Of a stretch of DNA of 64,000 nt, positions 58,865-64,000 are shown piece after piece. The position numbers and the translations under genes are program-made. The stretch is taken from positions 234,078 through 298,077 of the forward strand of contig JACKOP010000005.1 in the NCBI GenBank assembly GCA_024234165.1, in the 5' to 3' direction. A model generated the notes under the pieces. The model had not been told where the DNA came from and searched no databases. It worked only from the letters and a program-made list of their open reading frames with translations. The first letter of the stretch is position 1; the number at the start of each line of letters is the position of its first letter. The DNA comes from Pseudomonadales bacterium. GTDB lineage: Bacteria > Pseudomonadota > Gammaproteobacteria > Pseudomonadales > UBA5518.

Positions 58865-59335
58865 TCACAGGCGGGCCAGCAGGCTGACCATTTCGAGGGC
58901 AGACAAGGCGGCCTCCTCACCCTTGTTGCCGGCCTTGGTGCCAGCACGTTCGATGGCCTGTTCGATGGTATCGACGGTCAGCACACCGAACGCAACCGGA
59001 ACGCCGGTCTGCAGCGACACCGTCGCGATTCCCTTGGTGCACTCTCCGGCAACGTGCTCGAAGTGCGGGGTTCCACCACGGATCACCGCGCCAAGCGCCA
59101 CGACCGCATCGTAGTTGCCGCTGCGGGCGACCTTCTGTACCACCAGCGGCAGCTCGAAGGCGCCCGGTGCGCGCACCAGCGTGATCCGCTCGGCTGCCAC
59201 ACCGTGGCGGCGCAGCGTATCCAGCGCGCCGGCGATCAGACTCTCGACCACGAAACTGTTGAAGCGGCTCGCCACCAGCGCAAACCGTGCCTGTCCCGGC
59301 GCGAACACGCCTTCCACCGTCCTGATCGCGTCCAT
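58865..59335 (-). CDS. ribH: 6,7-dimethyl-8-ribityllumazine synthase
   Basis: [27 protein letters not shown], and [12 protein letters not shown]. Confidence 0.96.
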   Translation of the reverse strand: MDAIRTVEGVFAPGQARFALVASRFNSFVVESLIAGALDTLRRHGVAAERITLVRAPGAFELPLVVQKVARSGNYDAVVALGAVIRGGTPHFEHVAGECTKGIATVSLQTGVPVAFGVLTVDTIEQAIERAGTKAGNKGEEAALSALEMVSLLARL

Positions 59336-59420
59336 TTGCCTGCCTTGCCGTGGGTATGCGAAAAGAGCGCCAATTCTGCCATCAAAAGCGCATGCCGACC
59401 ATCAACGATAACGGCGCGGA

Positions 59421-60530
59421 TCAATAGTCGAGATGCTCGACGATCTCGAGTCCGAAACCCGAAATTGCGCTGTAGCGCATTGGTGGGCCCATCAACCGGA
59501 TCCTGCCGACGCCGAGCTGGCGCAGGATCTGCGAACCGACACCGACCACGCTCAGCGCATTGCGCGTGCGCACCAACCCGCCCACGGCACTTTCGCCAAG
59601 TGCAACCTCCACACTGGCGAGCAACTGTTCTCCGGTTTCCGGCTGCGCGAGCAGCACCAGCACCCCGCTGCCTTCGCGCTCGATGCGCTCGAGGCAGCGC
59701 GCTGCGTTCCAGTCACGCGCCCTGCCCGGCACATCGGTACCCAGCACATCGCGCAGTGCCGCCGTCTGCTGCACGCGCACCAGCGTCGCCGCATGCGCAT
59801 CGATCTGCCCACGCGCCAGTGCAAGATGGACCTGACCGTCCTCGACATCGCGAAACACATGCAGACGGAACAGTCCCCGGGCCGTCTGCACATCACCCTC
59901 ACGGATGCGCTGCACGGTAGTCTCGTGGTTCAGGCGGAACTGGATCAATCCGGCGATGGTCCCGACGCGCAATCCATGACGGCGTGCAAATGCAAACAAT
60001 GCCTCACCGGTCGCCAGCGTGCCGTCGCCGTTCAGCACATCGACCATCACCGCTGCCGGTTCGAAGCCTGCGAGTCGCGCCAGATCACAGCCGCCCTCGG
60101 TGTGACCGGCACGCTTCAGCACGCCGCCAGGCTCGGCGCGCAACGGAAACACATGCCCGGGCTGCACCACGTCGCGCGGCTGCGCGCCGCGAGCAACGGC
60201 GACGCGAATCGTATGGGCGCGGTCGGCAGCCGAAATTCCGGTGCTGATACCCTCCGCCGCTTCGATCGATGCCGTGAACCGGCTCGCAAACGGGCCTGGC
60301 GAACCGCCAACCATCGGTGGCAACTGCAACTGCGCGCAGCGCTCGGCGCTCAGTCCCAGGCACACCAGGCCGCGCGCCTGGCGCACCATGAAGTTGATCT
60401 TGTCGGCGCCGATATCCTCCGCCGGCGCGAGCAGCACCCCGCCGAGTCGATCGTCGTCGTCGTCGACCAGCACCACCATCTCGCCACGGCGAAAGCTGTC
60501 GATCAATTCCTGTGTGGTATCGAACTTCAT
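59421..60530 (-). CDS. ribBA: bifunctional 3,4-dihydroxy-2-butanone-4-phosphate synthase / GTP cyclohydrolase II-like protein
   Basis: DDDDRLGG, RAGHTEG, and a RibA-like C-terminal domain. Confidence 0.95.
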   Translation of the reverse strand: MKFDTTQELIDSFRRGEMVVLVDDDDDRLGGVLLAPAEDIGADKINFMVRQARGLVCLGLSAERCAQLQLPPMVGGSPGPFASRFTASIEAAEGISTGISAADRAHTIRVAVARGAQPRDVVQPGHVFPLRAEPGGVLKRAGHTEGGCDLARLAGFEPAAVMVDVLNGDGTLATGEALFAFARRHGLRVGTIAGLIQFRLNHETTVQRIREGDVQTARGLFRLHVFRDVEDGQVHLALARGQIDAHAATLVRVQQTAALRDVLGTDVPGRARDWNAARCLERIEREGSGVLVLLAQPETGEQLLASVEVALGESAVGGLVRTRNALSVVGVGSQILRQLGVGRIRLMGPPMRYSAISGFGLEIVEHLDY

Positions 60531-61189
60531 GATGCGTCAAAACCGTTGCGCCGCAGGAATTCACGGCTGATGCCAGTCACGGCCGGTCGTGCCGCCGCAT
60601 CGCCGAGCAACAGGCGCTCGAGGTAGCGCGCGATCACGTCCACCTCGAGATTCACGCGCGTTCCTGCCCGGTAGTTGCCAAAAATCGTCTCACTGGCTGT
60701 GACCGGAATGATGTTGAGGTCGAAGTCGACACCGTCGACCGCGTTCACGGTCAGACTGACGCCATCGACGCAGACCGACCCCTTGTGCGCGATGTAGCGC
60801 GCGAGCGCCTGCGGCGCACGCACGCGATAGCGTGTCGAGCGCCCATCTGACTGCAGCGACACGACTTCCCCGACGCCATCGACATGACCGCTGACGATAT
60901 GGCCGCCGAGCCGCTCCCCGACGGCCATTGCCTTCTCGAGGTTCACGCGCGAGCCGGTCGCCAGCGAACCCAGCGTGGTGTGCGCAAGCGTCTCCAGCGA
61001 AACGTCGGCCGAGTACCAGTCGTCGCCGCAATCGACGACAGTGAGGCAGACGCCGTTGGTGGCGATGCTGTCGCCATGACGCACATCCTGCATCCCGAGC
61101 TGGCCGCTGCCGACATGCAGACGCACATCACCACCGCGACGCTCGATCCTGCGCAGCTCTCCGATCGCCTGGATGATTCCCGTGAACAT
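60527..61189 (-). CDS. ribE: riboflavin synthase
   Basis: MFTGIIQAIGE... with duplicated GDSIATNGVCLTV / GSVCVDGVSLTV lumazine-binding repeats. Confidence 0.93.
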   Translation of the reverse strand: MFTGIIQAIGELRRIERRGGDVRLHVGSGQLGMQDVRHGDSIATNGVCLTVVDCGDDWYSADVSLETLAHTTLGSLATGSRVNLEKAMAVGERLGGHIVSGHVDGVGEVVSLQSDGRSTRYRVRAPQALARYIAHKGSVCVDGVSLTVNAVDGVDFDLNIIPVTASETIFGNYRAGTRVNLEVDVIARYLERLLLGDAAARPAVTGISREFLRRNGFDAS

Positions 61190-61231
61190 CCGAACTCCTG
61201 CCTCGCCCAAATGAATCCGCTGCCGCCCGCA

Positions 61232-62365
61232 TCAGGCTGCTTGTGCAGCCACGCTGGCGGTGATCCGCCAGTCGTCACCGACTGCACTGACATCACTGAT
61301 ATGCAGCACCACCTTCTCGCCCATTGTGGTCAATGGCAGCTCGAACAGCGCTCGTGCCGAGCTGCCGAGCAGCGCCGGTGCGACGTAGAACACCAGCTCG
61401 TCGGCCAGCCCCGCACGCAGCACTGCGCCGGCAAGCGCCGCACCCGCCTCGATCAACACCTCGTTGCATTGCGCTGCCGCCAGGTATTCGAGCAGCGCGC
61501 GCAGATCGACCCGCCCGTCTTCGCCGGGAAGATGCAACAGCCTCGCGCCTGCGGCGGTGAGCGCTCCCTCTCGGACCGTGTCGGTACCGGCGGTGACGAC
61601 GATGGCCTCGCCGGGCGGTCCGAGCAACCGTGCCGAGATGGGCGTGCGGGCCTGCGAGTCCACAACCACGCGCAGCGGCTGACGTGGCGCCTGCTCTTCG
61701 CCAGGATTCATGGCCAGACGCACGTCGAGGCGCGGGTCATCGTGCAGTACCGTACCGATGCCGGTGATGACCGCGCAACTGCGCGCGCGCAAGCGCTGCA
61801 CGTCGGCACGCGCAGCCACACCGGTGATCCACTTGCTGCTGCCGTCGGCCATCGCAGTACGCCCATCGAGGCTCATCGCCAACTTGATCCGTACCCACGG
61901 CAAACCAGTCGTCATGCGCTTGAAGAACCCGGGATTCAGCGCGCGGGCCTCGCGTTCCAGCAAGCCACACTCCACCGTGACCCCAGCGGCACGCAGCAAG
62001 GCGATGCCGTCGCCGGCAACCAGCGGGTTGGGATCGCGCGTGGCAACGACGACCCTCGCCACCCCGGATGCGAGCAACGCTTCGGCGCACGGCGGCGTAC
62101 GCCCATGATGGCTGCAGGGTTCCAGCGACACGTAGGCCGTGGCACCGGCAGGCGATTCGTGCGCCGCCCGCAGCGCCGCGACTTCCGCGTGCTCCTCACC
62201 GGCGCGGCGATGGAAGCCGCTCGCGATCACGTGCTCGCCGCGCGCGATCACGCAGCCGACGCGCGGATTCGGTGCCGTCGTGTACAGGCCACGACGCGCC
62301 AGCCCGATCGCGTGCGCCATGTGGCGGATATCGATGCTCGTCTGCACGTCCACGCCGGCAATCAC
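61232..62365 (-). CDS. ribD: bifunctional riboflavin deaminase/reductase
   Basis: HAEVAAL and [14 protein letters not shown] zinc-deaminase motifs. ATGA overlap with the nrdR stop. Confidence 0.95.
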   Translation of the reverse strand: MIAGVDVQTSIDIRHMAHAIGLARRGLYTTAPNPRVGCVIARGEHVIASGFHRRAGEEHAEVAALRAAHESPAGATAYVSLEPCSHHGRTPPCAEALLASGVARVVVATRDPNPLVAGDGIALLRAAGVTVECGLLEREARALNPGFFKRMTTGLPWVRIKLAMSLDGRTAMADGSSKWITGVAARADVQRLRARSCAVITGIGTVLHDDPRLDVRLAMNPGEEQAPRQPLRVVVDSQARTPISARLLGPPGEAIVVTAGTDTVREGALTAAGARLLHLPGEDGRVDLRALLEYLAAAQCNEVLIEAGAALAGAVLRAGLADELVFYVAPALLGSSARALFELPLTTMGEKVVLHISDVSAVGDDWRITASVAAQAA

Positions 62366-62844
62366 CCCGCCGTGCCAGCAGAGCCTGCGTCCTGCTCCTC
62401 GGCCAGGCGTTCGATCTCGGCGCGGAATTCATTCAGGTCCTGGAAGCTGCGGTAGACCGACGCGAAACGCACGAAAGCCACGTGGTCGACCGCCTTCAAC
62501 TGGCGCATCACCTCTTCCCCGACCACGCGCGAAGGCACCTCACGCTCACCGGTAGCGATCAGCGCGTGCTTGATCCGGCTCAGCATCTGTTCCACACGCT
62601 CGACGCTCACCGGGCGCTTTTCGATTGCGCGCACTATCCCCTGGCGCAGCTTGTCCTCGTGGAACGGTTCACGCACCCCGCTCTGCTTGATGATCCGCGG
62701 CAGCATCAACTCGGCGGTCTCGTAGGTCGTGAAGCGCTCGGAACAGCCGAGACATTCGCGGCGCCGACGCACCTGATCGCCATCGGCAACCAGCCGCGAG
62801 TCGATGACCTTGGTGTCGGCTGCGGAGCAGAACGGACAGCGCAT
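62362..62844 (-). CDS. nrdR: transcriptional repressor NrdR
   Basis: [42 protein letters not shown]. Confidence 0.95.
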   Translation of the reverse strand: MRCPFCSAADTKVIDSRLVADGDQVRRRRECLGCSERFTTYETAELMLPRIIKQSGVREPFHEDKLRQGIVRAIEKRPVSVERVEQMLSRIKHALIATGEREVPSRVVGEEVMRQLKAVDHVAFVRFASVYRSFQDLNEFRAEIERLAEEQDAGSAGTAG

Positions 62845-63011
62845 GAACGGGAAAGTACGGATGGTGGCGAGGCGCGCATGGTAGCACAGCAAGCGTGAAC
62901 GGCCGGAGCACGAGACTGGACGGCGTCCGCATGATCCAGCCCTGCATGATCCAGACGATGCCAACCGTTCAGCGCTTGCGGTAGACTCGGCAAAAACCAC
63001 ACTATCGAGAG

Positions 63012-63857
63012 GTGTTCAGCGTGAGCACGAAGAACGGCGACAGTCACAAGACCGTGTTCATCACCGGTGCCGCCGGAGGGCTTGGCGCGAGCACGGCCCG
63101 CTACCTGGCCGAGCACGACTGGATGGTATTTGCCGCAGACTACGATGCGAAGGCGCTCGAGGAGCTCGAGAACGAAACGAACATCTATCCGCTGCGCGTC
63201 GATGTCACCGACGCCCAGAGCTGCGAGGCGGCTCGGCGCAAGGTGGCGTCCATGTGCCGCGGACTCGACGGCATCGTGAACTTCGCCGGGATTCTCGCCG
63301 TCGGTTCATTGGTCGAAATCGACCCGGAGACGGTGCGCCGCGTGCTCGAGGTCAACGTGATGGGCACGGTAAGAGTGAACCACGCGCTGTTTCGCCACGT
63401 GCTCGCACGCAAGGGACGGATCGTGAATATCAGTTCGGAAACGGGCTGGCAGACGGCGATGCCATTCAATGGGCCCTACGCGATGAGCAAGCACGCGATC
63501 GAGGCCTACTCCGACGCGCTGCGTCGCGAGCTGATGTTTCTCGACATCCCCGTGATCAAGATCCAGCCCGGGCCGTTTCGCACCGGCATGGTGGCGAGCA
63601 TCGAAGAGAATTTCGATCGCGTCACGAAGTCATCGAAATACTTCAAGGGCCTGCTGAACAACCTGAAGAAGGCGACCGTCAAGGAACAGGACAAGGCGCA
63701 CGATCCGCTGCTGCTCGCTCGCACGGTCCATGACGCGCTGACCGACCGCTGGCCACGGGCTGCGTACTCGGTGAAGCCGGATCCGCAGCGCATCGCCTTG
63801 AACAAGCTGCCGGAGTGGTCGATCGATCAGGTGCTGAAGCGGCTCCTGCGCAACTGA
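63012..63857 (+). CDS. SDR family oxidoreductase
   Basis: [16 protein letters not shown], and YAMSKHA motifs. GTG start at 63012, or possibly 63021. Confidence 0.85.
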   Translation: MFSVSTKNGDSHKTVFITGAAGGLGASTARYLAEHDWMVFAADYDAKALEELENETNIYPLRVDVTDAQSCEAARRKVASMCRGLDGIVNFAGILAVGSLVEIDPETVRRVLEVNVMGTVRVNHALFRHVLARKGRIVNISSETGWQTAMPFNGPYAMSKHAIEAYSDALRRELMFLDIPVIKIQPGPFRTGMVASIEENFDRVTKSSKYFKGLLNNLKKATVKEQDKAHDPLLLARTVHDALTDRWPRAAYSVKPDPQRIALNKLPEWSIDQVLKRLLRN

Positions 63858-63939
63858 GCAGGGATATCATTTGCGCCCGCGCAGCCGATCCGTATGCTGT
63901 GGCGCTCCGATCGACCAGGGTTCGCCAGAGGAACAGGGA

Positions 63940-64000
63940 ATGGACGTGCGCAGGCTCACTGACGCCATCGCGGTCACCTCGCAGATTTCCGTGCCGGATG
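63940..64000 (+). CDS. 5' end of a gene running out of the window (possibly a TIGR01244/DUF442-type phosphatase/sulfurtransferase)
   Basis: ATG after AGAGGAACAGGG. The MDVRRLTDAIAVTSQISVPD pattern resembles that family's N-terminus. Only 20 codons are visible. Confidence 0.35.
   Translation, partial: MDVRRLTDAIAVTSQISVPD

Noticed and set aside
56640-62365. An FMN (RFN) riboswitch upstream of ribA, ribH, ribBA or ribD
   Set aside because: The intergenic gaps are only 40-100 nt. None contains the conserved RFN core, so only tandem repeats or short spacers are present.

Overview
High-GC chromosomal window, gammaproteobacterial in gene order. The core genes are ordinary. They include glyA, ettA, creA, radA, and a DnaT-like plus lambda-P-like replication pair. 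They also include the nitrate-respiration block narX-narL ... narK1-narK2-narGHJI, all on the minus strand. Further on lie a TPP-riboswitch-controlled thiamine uptake/salvage operon, xseB-ispA-dxs, ribA, and nrdR-ribD-ribE-ribBA-ribH-nusB-thiL.

The unusual part is a 15,259-bp lower-GC segment (23252-38510). It sits exactly between the narL stop codon and the AT-rich narK1 promoter region and is bracketed by a 10-bp perfect direct repeat. I read it as an integrase-less integron cassette array (CALIN). At least six attC sites obey the cassette rule, meaning the R'' box is the complement of the first 6 nt of the same cassette. Its cassettes carry an Eco29kI-like GIY-YIG restriction-modification pair, an ORF-less cassette, higB'A, ccdAB, two vapBC/PIN modules and a small membrane protein.

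The array has been reworked by other mobile elements:
- two IS66 copies that carry different, complementary defects
- a Mu/Tn552-like transposon remnant
- a 2,378-bp unit encoding a tyrosine recombinase and an IS91-family HUH-Y2 transposase

That last unit is the most interesting signal. It has the exact topology of an integron cassette, read on the strand opposite to the array, and it is inserted at a GWT-type secondary site.

Several REP-like repeat families and short tandem arrays occupy intergenic regions. All protein family calls come from motif recognition by eye, not from searches.
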